A DNA stretch of 64,000 nucleotides from an uncultured delta proteobacterium (GTDB lineage: Bacteria; Myxococcota_A; Polyangia; Fen-1088). Shown here piece by piece: positions 51,347-61,818 of the stretch (positions are counted from its first letter, which is position 1; each line of letters begins with the position of its first letter). Made by a program: the position numbers and the translations under genes. The notes under the pieces are model-generated. The model was not told the DNA's origin. It saw nothing but the letters and a program-made list of their open reading frames with translations, and made no database searches. Where the stretch lies: assembly GCA_963737265.1 (NCBI GenBank), contig CAVTRY010000020.1, positions 1 through 64,000 on the forward strand, in the 5' to 3' direction.

Positions 51347-51973
51347 TTGAACCAAATGATTCAAAATACACCTAGGCTGCGGGGTCGACCGCGCAGCTTC
51401 GACGAGACAGGGGCTCTGGAAAAGGCGACTCAGGTGTTCTGGTCGAAAGGCTACGACGGAGTGACGATAGACGATCTCGTCGCCGGGATGGGTGTGGGAC
51501 GGCCGAGCCTGTATGCCGTCTTTGGGGACAAGCGGGCGATATTCATGCGCGCCCTCAAGGCGTACGCAGAACGGAAGGGCGCATCAGCCGCGAAGGCACT
51601 CCTCTCGCCACAGAGTCTTCGCGACTCGATCGCGGGCTTTCTGAGGTACTCCGTCGAAAGTGCGACCGAGAAAGGGTCCGCCCGGGGCTGCCTTGTGGTG
51701 TGCGTCGCGCCGCTAGTGAACGACGCTGAGGTTCAGCGGTTCCTGCAGAGCACGGTCGCGGGCGGCGCGGCGCTGCTGGAGCGCCGTTTCCGGGACGGGA
51801 TCAGCGCGGGAGAAATCCCATCTGACTTTCCGGTAGCCGTGCGCGCGATCCAAGTCACGGATTTTGCTCGTGGCCTGACCATGCGTGCGCGGATAGGCAC
51901 GCCGCGCAAGAAGCTCCTCAAAGATGCTGAGGAAGCCGCCGAATTGGTTCTCCTACCGCGGGGCGATCCATGA
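51347..51973 (+). CDS. TetR/AcrR-family regulator
   Basis: GRPRSFD...FWSKGY...SLYAVFGDK; RGCL. Confidence 0.92.
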   Translation: MNQMIQNTPRLRGRPRSFDETGALEKATQVFWSKGYDGVTIDDLVAGMGVGRPSLYAVFGDKRAIFMRALKAYAERKGASAAKALLSPQSLRDSIAGFLRYSVESATEKGSARGCLVVCVAPLVNDAEVQRFLQSTVAGGAALLERRFRDGISAGEIPSDFPVAVRAIQVTDFARGLTMRARIGTPRKKLLKDAEEAAELVLLPRGDP

Positions 51974-52429
51974 CCCTGGCAATAGCGATAGCTCAGGGCG
52001 GGGCAGGGCGCGCCAGACACCTCATTCTGGTGAAGGCCGCGGTCTTCTGATGCCCAGATCGTGACAAACAGCGGCCACGACCTTGCCCCGACGCCGAAAT
52101 GACCGACTAGCGCGACCTTGCGTCCAGCATCCTGATGTGCGTAATCGTCGAATCGTCAACGCCTAACACCTGGGCGGTACGCGTGTCCTCAAAGTACATG
52201 GGTGGAGTCTCGACAGGAAAACCACGAGACACCTAATCGCAGGCAATGGCTGCGGCGGTAATGAGATAGGGTAGCGGCACCGTCGCACGCCCCGACACCA
52301 AGACACCTGCCAGCGTGTCCCACAGTGGCGACCAACTTGTGGGCTAATAGGACGAATCCGGTTTGATCCATAGGAGCGAAACGACGCCTTCCAAGCTTGG
52401 CAGCACTTTGCGATGCTCGATCAGATCGT

Positions 52430-52790
52430 CGGATATTTGCTCCATGCTGATCCTGACTGCGGGGCCAATGGGCGATCGCCCCGCGGATCTCCTCGCGTCG
52501 CAAAAGGAGCACGAAGTGCCCGCCCTCGAAACCGGCGTAGGTCGCGCCCGTGCGTGCCGCGAAAGCACGCGCCGATGTCGCTGGCATCATTGTGTCTTGG
52601 GGTCCCTGGACGACCAGCGCCGGTAGCCCCGCGCTACTGCCTGCTGCGGGCGCCCCGGAAATCAAGATCAGCCCGGATAGCGACGAAGCAAAGCGCGAAG
52701 CCAGCGTGCTCGCGCCTGCGGCGCCATTGGAAAGGCAGGCCAGGAATACGCGCCGGACGCCACGTGCGTGCAAGTAGTCGAGGGGCGACG
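52430..52790 (-). pseudogene. Alpha/beta hydrolase C-terminal fragment
   Basis: LSNGA nucleophile region, LVVQG.QD, GGHF. Confidence 0.55.
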
Positions 52791-53010
52791 GTGCGCGGCG
52801 AACAACACAAAGCAGGATCGGACGTCTGCGGTATCGTTCGTCGTCTCTTGAATCTGAAAATGAGGAGAATCTTCTTCCATGCGTACCATCAAACCATTCG
52901 TTGGTTTCGTGTTCGTTCTGATCATTTCGTGCCTACAACCAAGCCCCGAGAAGGCGCGCGACCCGCTCCTCGACAAGGCCAGCGACATCTTGAAAGCACC
53001 GGCGTACCCA

Positions 53011-53059
53011 CGCCCGAGGAAAACGACAAGCCTTCACTGCCCCTTTCACACTACATTCC
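53011..53059 (+). repeat. Internal fragment of the IS91-like transposase tail
   Basis: GCCCGAGGAAAACGACAAGCCTTCACTGCCCCTTTCACACTAC matches 148-190 and 55147-55190. Confidence 0.85.
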
Positions 53060-53183
53060 GTAAGCCACCGAGTGTCGCGAGCGTGTGAGCTTGGCGTGCA
53101 AGCCGTCGCGGAAGCGGCCATCCCACCGCCAGCGACCTCTTCGACTGGCATTCTCTCTCGCCAAGTTGTGCTAGGAACCAACC

Positions 53184-54734
53184 GTGGTCCAGCAGCAGCC
53201 AAGCAGCACGCCCTTGGTTTCGTTCCGCGATGCAGCCGTTCGCTCCGGCGAGCGGCTGCTGTTTGCGGGGGCGACTTGGGACATCTATCCCGGCGAGAAC
53301 TGGGCCATCGTTGGACCCAACGGTTCTGGGAAATCGTTGCTTGCCGCCGCGTTGGCGGGAAAAGTTCCTGTGGCACAAGGGTCGCTGACTCACCGTTTGG
53401 CGGAGGGCGTGGTCGATGCGCATGATCTCGGCGTGCGCCACTCCAGACGCAGCCACGTGGTTTTGGTTTCGCATGCGGAGGAGCGTGCTCTGGCCGCGCG
53501 CTACGCGGGATTCCATCAGGCGCGCTGGAATGCCAGCGAAGCCGAGGGCGGTCCCAGCCTTGACGATCTACTCACCCGCCACAGCGTCGAGGCCATCAAT
53601 CTGTTCGAGGTTCTGCCCGAGTCCGAGCACGCCGGCGCCTTCGAGATACGACGGACAAAAGTCATCGCGCTGTTCGGGTTCTCCTCGCTTCTGCAACGTC
53701 GGGTAAAGCAGCTCTCCCATGGGGAGACGCGCAAACTGCTGCTTGCTCGCGCCATGCTGCGCGGCCCTCGGTTGCTCGTGCTCGACGATCCATTTGGTGG
53801 TCTCGACGTGAACTTTCGCCGCGAATTGCGCGGGATTCTCGATCTTCTGGCGCGCGACGGGACCGCGCTGGTAATGACCGCCGCACGTGACGAGGAGATT
53901 CCGCCCTGTATGACCCACGTTCTTCGCGTTGACGATTGTAGGATTGTGGCCAAGGAGCGGATTCCCGGAGGTGGGGAGGTGGGCGTCCAGAATCAGGCGA
54001 ATGCCAGCCCGCCTTCTCTCTTGCCTGTGGCATCGCCCGGTACGGGCGAGGTCATCGTCGAGATGTTGGCGGTGACGGTACGCTATGGCGAGACCACCAT
54101 CCTCGACCGCGTGAACCTAACAGTGCGAAAGGGCCAGCATTGGGCTCTGCTGGGTCCCAATGGCGCCGGCAAATCGACCTTGCTCAGTTTGCTACTGGCG
54201 GACAATCCGCAGGGCTACGCCAACCACGTGCGCCTGTTCGGCCAGCAGCGCGGCAGCGGCGAGAGCATCTGGGACATCAAAGCGCGCATCGGCTGGGTCG
54301 CGCCCGAATTGCTCGCGCACTACCCACCCATCTGGCGATGCGTGGATGTGGTTCTTTCCGGATTCCACTCGTCCTTGGGGCGCTACCGCGAATCGACTGC
54401 GCAAGAGACCCGACGCAGTCATCAGGTGCTTTCTGCTCTGGAACTCGGCGACCTGGCCGACCGGCATCTGCTCGATCTATCCCAAGGACAGCAGCGACTG
54501 GTGCTACTGGCGCGCGCCTTGGTCGCCGATCCGGAGCTTCTGGTTCTCGACGAACCCTGCCAGGGACTCGACGCGATCCATGCCCAGCGTGTAATTTCAG
54601 CCGTCGATGGCGTCGCAAGTGCCGGTCGGGCCAGCGTCATCTACGTCACCCACCACGAGGAAGAGATCCCGTCTTGCGTAACGCACGTTCTTCGCCTTGA
54701 CGCCGGGCGCGCTGTTGCACATCTGCGCTCTTGA
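53184..54734 (+). CDS. modF: Dual-domain ABC ATPase, ModF-like
   Basis: Two Walker A (GPNGSGKS, GPNGAGKS), DNPQGYAN, GSGESIWDIK, YVTHH. Confidence 0.8.
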   Translation: MVQQQPSSTPLVSFRDAAVRSGERLLFAGATWDIYPGENWAIVGPNGSGKSLLAAALAGKVPVAQGSLTHRLAEGVVDAHDLGVRHSRRSHVVLVSHAEERALAARYAGFHQARWNASEAEGGPSLDDLLTRHSVEAINLFEVLPESEHAGAFEIRRTKVIALFGFSSLLQRRVKQLSHGETRKLLLARAMLRGPRLLVLDDPFGGLDVNFRRELRGILDLLARDGTALVMTAARDEEIPPCMTHVLRVDDCRIVAKERIPGGGEVGVQNQANASPPSLLPVASPGTGEVIVEMLAVTVRYGETTILDRVNLTVRKGQHWALLGPNGAGKSTLLSLLLADNPQGYANHVRLFGQQRGSGESIWDIKARIGWVAPELLAHYPPIWRCVDVVLSGFHSSLGRYRESTAQETRRSHQVLSALELGDLADRHLLDLSQGQQRLVLLARALVADPELLVLDEPCQGLDAIHAQRVISAVDGVASAGRASVIYVTHHEEEIPSCVTHVLRLDAGRAVAHLRS

Positions 54735-54760
54735 GGGCAACTACGGCTTGGTCGGACCAT

Positions 54761-55200
54761 GACCATAGGCATTTCGAAGGGGTGTTTTGAGCGTCGGAGA
54801 ACCCTGCCGGACCGCATCAGGTCGGCCCTGATCACGTTGGCGCAGCGCACTTGACCGGGTTTCTGGGGCCTGACGGGGTCTTTCTCGAGCACGCAGGGCA
54901 GTCTACTCCATCCCGCCCTGGTCGAGGTGCCGTCAGTTCAGCCAGTCTCCGCCCTCGCCACCAGATTGCGAGGGAGGCGGCCGTGCGGGCCAGAGCTTGG
55001 GCGCCTCGATGGGTAGCCCCATGGCAGAGAGAATCTTTTTGATGGTGTCCTCGGTCTCGATCATGGCGATGAGGCGCAGCGGGCTCTTGCAGCGCGGGCA
55101 GATCGTGTCGATGTCGAATGTCTTTTTAGGAGCTGGCTCCAAGAAACGTAGTGTGAAAGGGGCAGTGAAGGCTTGTCGTTTTCCTCGGGCATGGGCACGG
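54761..55200 (-). mobile_element. IS91/ISCR-like 3' end (5'-truncated)
   Basis: Near-identical to 148-588; end reads CCCCTTCGAAATGCCTATGGTC. Confidence 0.85.
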
Positions 55201-55460
55201 TGATGAGCCCAGTCGAGAAATCGACGTCGGACTTGCACAGCCCCAGCAGTTCGCCCTTTCTCAGGCCGGTGTAGATGGCCGTCGCAAAAAGCGGCTGCCA
55301 CCGCTTCGACACGGCCTGCAGAACGAGCGGCACCTCGCGCAGCCGTAGAAACTCAGGCTTGCCCTTGGGCGCGCGGCGTCGCTGAACTTCCTTGGCCGGA
55401 TTCGGCCCCTCCCACCGACCGGCACGCTTCGCGCAGTTGAAGGCCGTGAGCACGAACCGT
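55200..55460 (-). pseudogene. Tyrosine recombinase (phage integrase) internal fragment
   Basis: NPAKEV...PEFL...ATAIYTGLRKGELLGL..SDVDF. Confidence 0.85.
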
Positions 55461-55733
55461 CGCGGGTGGTTCAGAAATGTTTGCCGGCGGGGCGACGTGA
55501 GGCCGCCATCAAGCGCCTACTGGCGCAGACACGCCGCTTGAGATTCGACTCGGCCCGTCCCCTTACGATGAAGTCGCACCTCAGACGCGCTGCAAGCGCC
55601 GGCGATACGCATGCACGGAATTGCCGAACTCGCGAACGCCACCGGCGGTTTCCCCATGCAGCCCGCTGAGGGCGACTTCGCTTGACCCAGCGGCAACCTT
55701 CGGCGAGTATGCTGCGGTTCAGCAGATTGGAGG

Positions 55734-56189
55734 TTGGAGCCGATGTCACGATGTCTGTTGAGAGTTCGAGGTCGGGTTTTCCAGAAACACTCACTCCGTC
55801 CCGCCGGTATCTTGCTGCTCCTGTCGGTCATGCCGGCTGGTTGTACGGGAATGCTCGTCAACGCACGAGAATCGACGCTCTCGGGGGCTTCGATGACCTG
55901 CCGAATTTCGCAGGATCGTCCAAGCCCCAACCATCTGCGCCTCAAAGTGGAGGTAAAACCACCTTGCACCACCGATTGGTCCGAGCTCGCGGTTCTTTCG
56001 CACGGCCAGCCGCTGACTGAAATCATCCGTCAGAAGATTCCAGTGCTGTTCCAAAATGAAGTTGCCAGCCTGGACAGCAATGCCTTTGCCCCACCGCCGG
56101 CAGGGACCATCCTGACCGTTCACGTGCAGGCCGAGTGCACGGCGAATGCCCGCAAGACGGATGGTGTCACCACCTGCGAAATGCCCTGA
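55734..56189 (+). CDS. Hypothetical lipoprotein
   Basis: ILLLLSVMPAGC lipobox-like; first gene of a tight operon; start uncertain. Confidence 0.5.
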   Translation: MEPMSRCLLRVRGRVFQKHSLRPAGILLLLSVMPAGCTGMLVNARESTLSGASMTCRISQDRPSPNHLRLKVEVKPPCTTDWSELAVLSHGQPLTEIIRQKIPVLFQNEVASLDSNAFAPPPAGTILTVHVQAECTANARKTDGVTTCEMP

Positions 56190-56195
56190 GGCCAC

Positions 56196-57047
56196 ATGAG
56201 CGACAAGCCTTCCCGGACAGGGCAAACCGCTACCCAGGCGGTGGAACGGCAGCCTACCTGCAGAGGCTGCGGCCAACCCCTGCCTCCCGGCATCGCGCCA
56301 AAGCGTTCAAGATTACTGGCCTTGATACGGGCCCACTGGCTAAAGATACTCATTACAGCTGTCACGCTGACGACCACTGTTCTGGAAGTCTTTGTCCTTC
56401 GGCCGAGTCCCTTGTCAGCGGTATTCACTGAGGTGCGGTTGGATCTGCCGCCTGGCGCCTCCCTAACCATCGAGCCCGACATCCTAGATTCGGCCAGTGA
56501 TGTGAAAAGCGGCGATGACCCGGTCGGTCTAGGAAAGCTGGAGAGCCTTTGGTTCACAGCCGCCCAGAATGCCGGCTGCCGGTCGCTGCAGATTACCTAC
56601 TCAGGCAAGAACGCACCTTCCAGATTGAAAATCTTCCCGCGTGCCGAACACGGTCAGGACTGCGCTGCAGATTTTGGCGTCCTGCCCCTGGGCGCGGGTA
56701 AGGTGCTGGCCGCAAAGCGGCCGGCACTCCTCACAGTGGAACTAGCTCACGAACCGCAAGGCCCCTTCACCACAGACCAGGTCGTCCGATGCATCTCCGG
56801 TACCGCACTAAGCGGAGAGGGGCCAGCCCTCGATGGCGCCGGCTTCCTGGCCACGCATGAGCTCCGGGTGTGCGGCAGCGGGTTGACAATACAGTCTCTA
56901 AGGCCGTCGAATGATGGGAACCAGGGCGACCTGAAGGCAGTCCTGGTCTTTGATCGCACCCCACAGATAACCATCGATGGCCACGATACATCCTGGTGGC
57001 GCCGCTGGAAGCTTGTGCAGCTCGTCGTGGGGAAGCTTCATGGTTAG
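56196..57047 (+). CDS. Hypothetical membrane-anchored protein
   Basis: CxxC near N-terminus, one TM helix, GAGG RBS. Confidence 0.6.
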   Translation: MSDKPSRTGQTATQAVERQPTCRGCGQPLPPGIAPKRSRLLALIRAHWLKILITAVTLTTTVLEVFVLRPSPLSAVFTEVRLDLPPGASLTIEPDILDSASDVKSGDDPVGLGKLESLWFTAAQNAGCRSLQITYSGKNAPSRLKIFPRAEHGQDCAADFGVLPLGAGKVLAAKRPALLTVELAHEPQGPFTTDQVVRCISGTALSGEGPALDGAGFLATHELRVCGSGLTIQSLRPSNDGNQGDLKAVLVFDRTPQITIDGHDTSWWRRWKLVQLVVGKLHG

Positions 57048-58005
57048 TCGACTGACGATTGGAGTTCTCGTCCTCGCCACAGGCTGCGGCGCTGCCCACG
57101 TAGCTGAACGTCCGATGGTCAGCAACTCTGACACGACAGAAGTCAGGCTGCTGCTGGCCGCTCGGTTTTGCGACGGGACGAAGGACTCCGCCCTAGGCGA
57201 GATCGTCCAAAATGAAGGATGCAAGTTGGAGGAAGCCTTCAGGCGGCGAGGCATTGATGTCGCGTATTCTGTGCTCGACCCAACGAGAGCCCAGGTTCTG
57301 GCGGCAGCGGCGCCAGAACAAGCCCGAAGGCTCATCGTTGTGTACGTCGGACATGGGCAGTCGGCGGATCGGAAGACTGGGCAGCTGCTGACCAAGGAGG
57401 AAGCGCTGCTCGCACCCCCGATCTCCCTACGTTCGGTCCTCTGCTTGCGCGATGGACCGCTGGTCATGGATCGCTTAGTTGAAGAGTTCCGTGACCCAAC
57501 CCCCTCGGCTATGCTGATTGCCAACGCGTGCAGATCGGCCCACGTGGACGCCAGCCGGGCTCGCATCGATCTCAGCGTGCTCTCAGCCTCGACCCTCGAA
57601 GAGGGGCGAGCGGCGCGCCACACTCCGCTAGGGCAAGCCCTCATAGACGCCTTGACGCAGGATCTAGACTTGGACGGCGACGGATACGCCTCGGACTTCG
57701 AGCTATTCGATGCAGTGGAGAGACGCTTTGCTCGCAATTTTGGCGAGCCTGATCCCAAGCTACGTCGACAGCTCAAGAGTCCATTCACTCTATTCCCTTC
57801 CGGGCGTTCCCCTCACACGGCAGAGATCCCAGCACTACGCTCGGCCGGAGAGCGCTACCTATTCGCCGGCCGCGATCATATTCGATTCGCAGGCCGAACC
57901 GACAAAGAACTTCGGGCTCAAGCAGGAATCCCCAATCCCGACGTGTTGGCTGACGTTCCTTGCCACGAGCCGGTCGGCCAATGCTTCCAGTATCTGCCTC
58001 CGTAG
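57040..58005 (+). CDS. Caspase-like (peptidase C14) lipoprotein
   Basis: Lipobox LATGC; IVVYVGHG (His), LIANACRS (Cys), DLDGDG..S..ELF. Confidence 0.7.
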   Translation: MVSRLTIGVLVLATGCGAAHVAERPMVSNSDTTEVRLLLAARFCDGTKDSALGEIVQNEGCKLEEAFRRRGIDVAYSVLDPTRAQVLAAAAPEQARRLIVVYVGHGQSADRKTGQLLTKEEALLAPPISLRSVLCLRDGPLVMDRLVEEFRDPTPSAMLIANACRSAHVDASRARIDLSVLSASTLEEGRAARHTPLGQALIDALTQDLDLDGDGYASDFELFDAVERRFARNFGEPDPKLRRQLKSPFTLFPSGRSPHTAEIPALRSAGERYLFAGRDHIRFAGRTDKELRAQAGIPNPDVLADVPCHEPVGQCFQYLPP

Positions 58006-58015
58006 AGTCAATCTC

Positions 58016-60097
58016 ATGCCAACGACCTTCGTCCTTTTCCTGATCACGCTCGCATCCGTGCAACGTGAACAGCCTATGACTCATTCCGAGGTGGCGGCAC
58101 TGGTGACCGAATTGAACGCAGGTTTGACGGGAACTACCAGAACTGACGCCCGCGGCCCCTTAAGCTGCACCGAACTCGAGAAGATCTCCAACCGCCTTCG
58201 TGACCGAGGCGCGGACGGGAACTCTGACACGGCTCTCCTACGGGAACTCCTGCGGGAACTGCGGCGCGCGGCCAAGTGTCCTCCCGGCACGCAATCTACG
58301 AAGACCAAGGTCCGCCACACTACGTTGTGGACGGCCTTCCAGACGGCCCGCACGGCCTGGCTTGAAACTCCATCGGTGAAACAACTTTCCGACGTATCAG
58401 AAAGAGTGCCCCTTCTAGGGATGCCTCTACTATTTTCGTTGGGATCTTCCTTGGAAACGCTCTCTCTCGAAACGCAGAAACTATTAAGCCTGGCTGCCCT
58501 TCCCTTGCTGCGCACTATCTCGGTCACCGATGCTCGTTTTCCCCAGCTCCTGTCTGTCTTGTCGTTGCACGTTCTGTCTGAGGATGCGGTCAGAATGCTG
58601 GATCAGATCGCCGGTTCATTGTCCGACAAGGATCTCAGCGGTAAACGCGGCCAAGTAATCGCTGCCTCCGTGGTCAATCTGCTGGACCGGCTGCCCGCAC
58701 AGCCATTGGACGCCAATCAGTTCGATGTCGTTCTGAAGTTCTTTCAGCGACTGAGCCACGCGAACCCTGACTGGTGCACGGCCGAGCACGCTGGCCCCAT
58801 TGTCGACTTCCTTGTACGTCTGTCGCAGCAAGATCCTGCTCTGCTGGCGTCGCAGCAAGGGGGCACGCTGTTGGTCGTGCTAACTGGACTGATGGAGCAC
58901 TTCAATCTGCCACATCTGAAGCGTGAGCAACTGGACGCAGTAATGAGCCTAGTGGCCAAGATAGCTGCGGACAGCACCGTGGACGCAGAGTCTATTCAGA
59001 CCACAGTGCAGCACTGGCAGGACATCCGACAAATAGTGGATGCCACGCGCGACCCTAAACGACGCGAAATATTGTCGTCAGCGATCGAGGAGGTCTGCAA
59101 GCGAAACGGCGGCTGCCCAGAGGCACTGGCCAAAGAAGTGGAAAAGACCGAACCTGATCCGCGGATGGTCAGTTCACTTCTGATCACGATTGGTATTGCG
59201 CAAGCGGAACGAATTCGCGCCCAGCAGGCCAAACTGGAACGAGAGCAAATTCCATTGGCGGCGATCCTGCGAAAGCAGGTGCTTGTCGTCCCAAAACGAC
59301 TGGAAGAATGTCGGACCGATCGTCCACCAAACCCAATCTGCGATAAGTGGCGCAAGTTCACGACTGCGTTTGGTGAGATGGTGACCGGGGCCTCTCTTCA
59401 TCGAGGAAATACGACGGCCGAGGTTGACTATTCACTAGACGCGATGTTGGAAGAGGCTGCTTGCACGCTAGCGTCGCCTTCCCAGCCGAGCGCTGGAACA
59501 ACGCCCTGTGCGATGTGGAAGAATTCACCTGGCTTTGGCAGTTTCGTCGGCATCGAGCTTCGACCGCAAGACCAAGCTGGAAATAGCGCAGTGAAGTACA
59601 TCGCTCATTCCGCATGTGTGGTACGTGTACTTGACGGGCAGCCCGCCCGCAGCAACGAATTCAGTACAGAATACCTATCTTCCGCGGCGGACGAGCAGGT
59701 CTTTGTCGGCGAGGCCCTACGTTTAGGTGAGCGGGTTCTGGATAGCTGTCCGGTTGGGAGACCAGAGGACGGCCTCTCCTCCTTCACGTTGACCAACCAG
59801 AAACCCAGCCCGCGTGCGGCCGGCGCTCTACTATTCGCAGGGCTGCCCTATCTGGTCGATAAGCGTCCGGGAAAGGCGCCGCCTGCTTGGGCGGGCTGGA
59901 CCTTGGCCGGCTTGGACGCTGGCACGTTGCTTTTGGCGGCAGGCAGTCTCGCAGGAGCGGTGTGGACACACAACACCAACCACACCTCGGCGGACAACTT
60001 GCTCTTGCGCACGGGGCTCGTCCTGACGCTCTTGAATATCTCGGTGAAGGGAACAGGATATGGTTTCTACCGACTTTCCTATGAGGATGAGCGATGA
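58016..60097 (+). CDS. Large exported helical protein with C-terminal TM segments
   Basis: Signal-like MPTTFVLFLITLAS; Leu-rich helical body; hydrophobic C-terminus. Confidence 0.65.
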   Translation: MPTTFVLFLITLASVQREQPMTHSEVAALVTELNAGLTGTTRTDARGPLSCTELEKISNRLRDRGADGNSDTALLRELLRELRRAAKCPPGTQSTKTKVRHTTLWTAFQTARTAWLETPSVKQLSDVSERVPLLGMPLLFSLGSSLETLSLETQKLLSLAALPLLRTISVTDARFPQLLSVLSLHVLSEDAVRMLDQIAGSLSDKDLSGKRGQVIAASVVNLLDRLPAQPLDANQFDVVLKFFQRLSHANPDWCTAEHAGPIVDFLVRLSQQDPALLASQQGGTLLVVLTGLMEHFNLPHLKREQLDAVMSLVAKIAADSTVDAESIQTTVQHWQDIRQIVDATRDPKRREILSSAIEEVCKRNGGCPEALAKEVEKTEPDPRMVSSLLITIGIAQAERIRAQQAKLEREQIPLAAILRKQVLVVPKRLEECRTDRPPNPICDKWRKFTTAFGEMVTGASLHRGNTTAEVDYSLDAMLEEAACTLASPSQPSAGTTPCAMWKNSPGFGSFVGIELRPQDQAGNSAVKYIAHSACVVRVLDGQPARSNEFSTEYLSSAADEQVFVGEALRLGERVLDSCPVGRPEDGLSSFTLTNQKPSPRAAGALLFAGLPYLVDKRPGKAPPAWAGWTLAGLDAGTLLLAAGSLAGAVWTHNTNHTSADNLLLRTGLVLTLLNISVKGTGYGFYRLSYEDER

Positions 60098-61282
60098 CGC
60101 GCGCAGGATTACTTGCCTTGCTGCTTGCATGTTCATGCGACCCAGGCGCAGTTTGGACTTTTCCTCGACAGACCCTGCGGACGGATGCCACAAGCCCACC
60201 CGACGCCTCTCGACGAGAAGACGGGGCTGGTGACAAGCAAGTCGACGGCATTGATGGCTCCGCCTTCGACACACCGCAGACCACATTCACTGTGCAGGAT
60301 GCTGAGCCTTCCAATGGCCTGGTCGACGCGGAGCCCTCCGTCCTCCCTCTCGACTCCATGGCCGAGGCCAGGGTTGATTTGCCCCTGGACGTCGCAACGA
60401 GCGCCGATGTGGCGTCTGACCTGGCCACGGCAGGGACTGGCGACGCCAGTACCTCGGAAAATGTGGAGGCCGGTGCAGTAGCACAGACTTGCGTTCCACG
60501 CGACATTGCCATGGATTTCGAACCCTCAGACCGCTGATGGCAGCGATCCAAATACGCGCTGCAACTCCACGAATTCGGTGCTTAAGCTCACCTACTCTAT
60601 TGACGTAGGCACCTGGGGTGGGTGCGTGTTAGCCACAGATGACTACGTACATCTGTTTGACTCCGATCAAGCAGGTGGAGGTCAAGGTGTCATCGAAGTG
60701 CGCACATGCGTGGTTGGGCAACCCGCAACCGGATCGCTCAACCTATATTACGGTCTCTTTCCCGCGCGCCGCTGGTTCTCCCTATACAACAATGGCACCT
60801 GGGCGAATGGTCAAGTTGTGGCCACAGACCAGTGCGTGACGCTACGTTTTCGCCCGCCAGAGGCCAACTATCCCGGTTCGGCCACTACCGATGCGGGAAC
60901 GTATCCGCCTGTGACTTGCCCCGCAACACCGAATTCCTGCGGGGAGCATGGGAATAGCTGCGAACCGAGCGGAGGTTTTGCTCCGACCCTAATGCTTATT
61001 GGCGAATGGCCTGCGGCTCAAACGAGTGGAGTTGTCAAAATCGCCTGGGTTCGCTACTACCCCGCCGGTTGCAATTGCGAAGTCGACACGGATTGTGCTT
61101 CCAATACGACCTGCACGACATTTCACAACACCGGTGACTGTTCGGCAATCAATGCTCCCGGCGTTTGCGCCGATTGCACAGGCCGAGGCGATCCTTGCCA
61201 GGTGACAGGCCTGGGCAAAACCTGCCAAGCATCCCTGATCTGCGTCCAGGGTGCCGTTCAATGTCCTTGCTCACCGGAATAG
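60094..61282 (+). pseudogene. Cys-rich lipoprotein, split by a frameshift near 60520
   Basis: ATGA overlap; lipobox LLACSC; Asp/Ala linker; second frame continues to a Cys-rich C-terminus. Confidence 0.6.
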
Positions 61283-61309
61283 CCGTGCAGCGAGCAACCT
61301 GACTCAGAA

Positions 61310-61750
61310 GTGAGCAAAGCGAACATGTCTTACGAAATTGGGCGTCTTCAGGAATTGGTCGACGACGGGGGACTGGATCAGGTTGCCCTTGAGATCACAA
61401 GGATGCGTGCAAGGCGAGAGTTCTTGCCCAGGAACTTTGAGAACTTCATTTCTCACCGATTTCCGGGGATTCTGATGAACAGGTATTTTTGCTGGCATCC
61501 TGGTTTCGCAATGGAAAAGCTCACGAAAGCCTTTCCCGACTGGGATGCAAGGGTGAGAACCGCCGCTCTAGACGGTACATTGCCGACGTTGGTGGCGATG
61601 ATGCTGAGGAAGGTTGGTGTCCGTAGCGTGCGTCTAGTGATCCCCGCCGACTTGGTCAACGACGCAGCCGCTACTGCTGCCCAAGACCTTCGGCACACAT
61701 ACTCTTGTCCCACGACCATGATTGAGGGATACACTTACGTCACCGTTCGT
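61310..61750 (+). pseudogene. Hypothetical protein, apparently truncated
   Basis: ORF 61310..61855 whose last part is antisense to the TA pair. Confidence 0.35.
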
Positions 61751-61818
61751 CGGCCGCCCGATTCCAGCTTGAGACCTATCTCGACCGGTACATTCTCATC
61801 GACGAGAAAGCGTAACAA
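61750..61818 (-). pseudogene. DUF5615 PIN-like toxin 5' stub
   Basis: LRFLVDENVP start overlapping the DUF433 stop; breaks after about 22 codons. Confidence 0.65.

Noticed and set aside
52134-52161. GATGTGCGTAA-TCGTCG-AATCGTCAACG as another dif-like site
   Set aside because: Right arm lacks the inner TT and the flanking module motifs are absent; too degenerate to call
57710-58015. N-terminal extension of the 795-aa ORF
   Set aside because: Overlaps the caspase-like gene; ATG 58016 gives a signal-like start right after its stop
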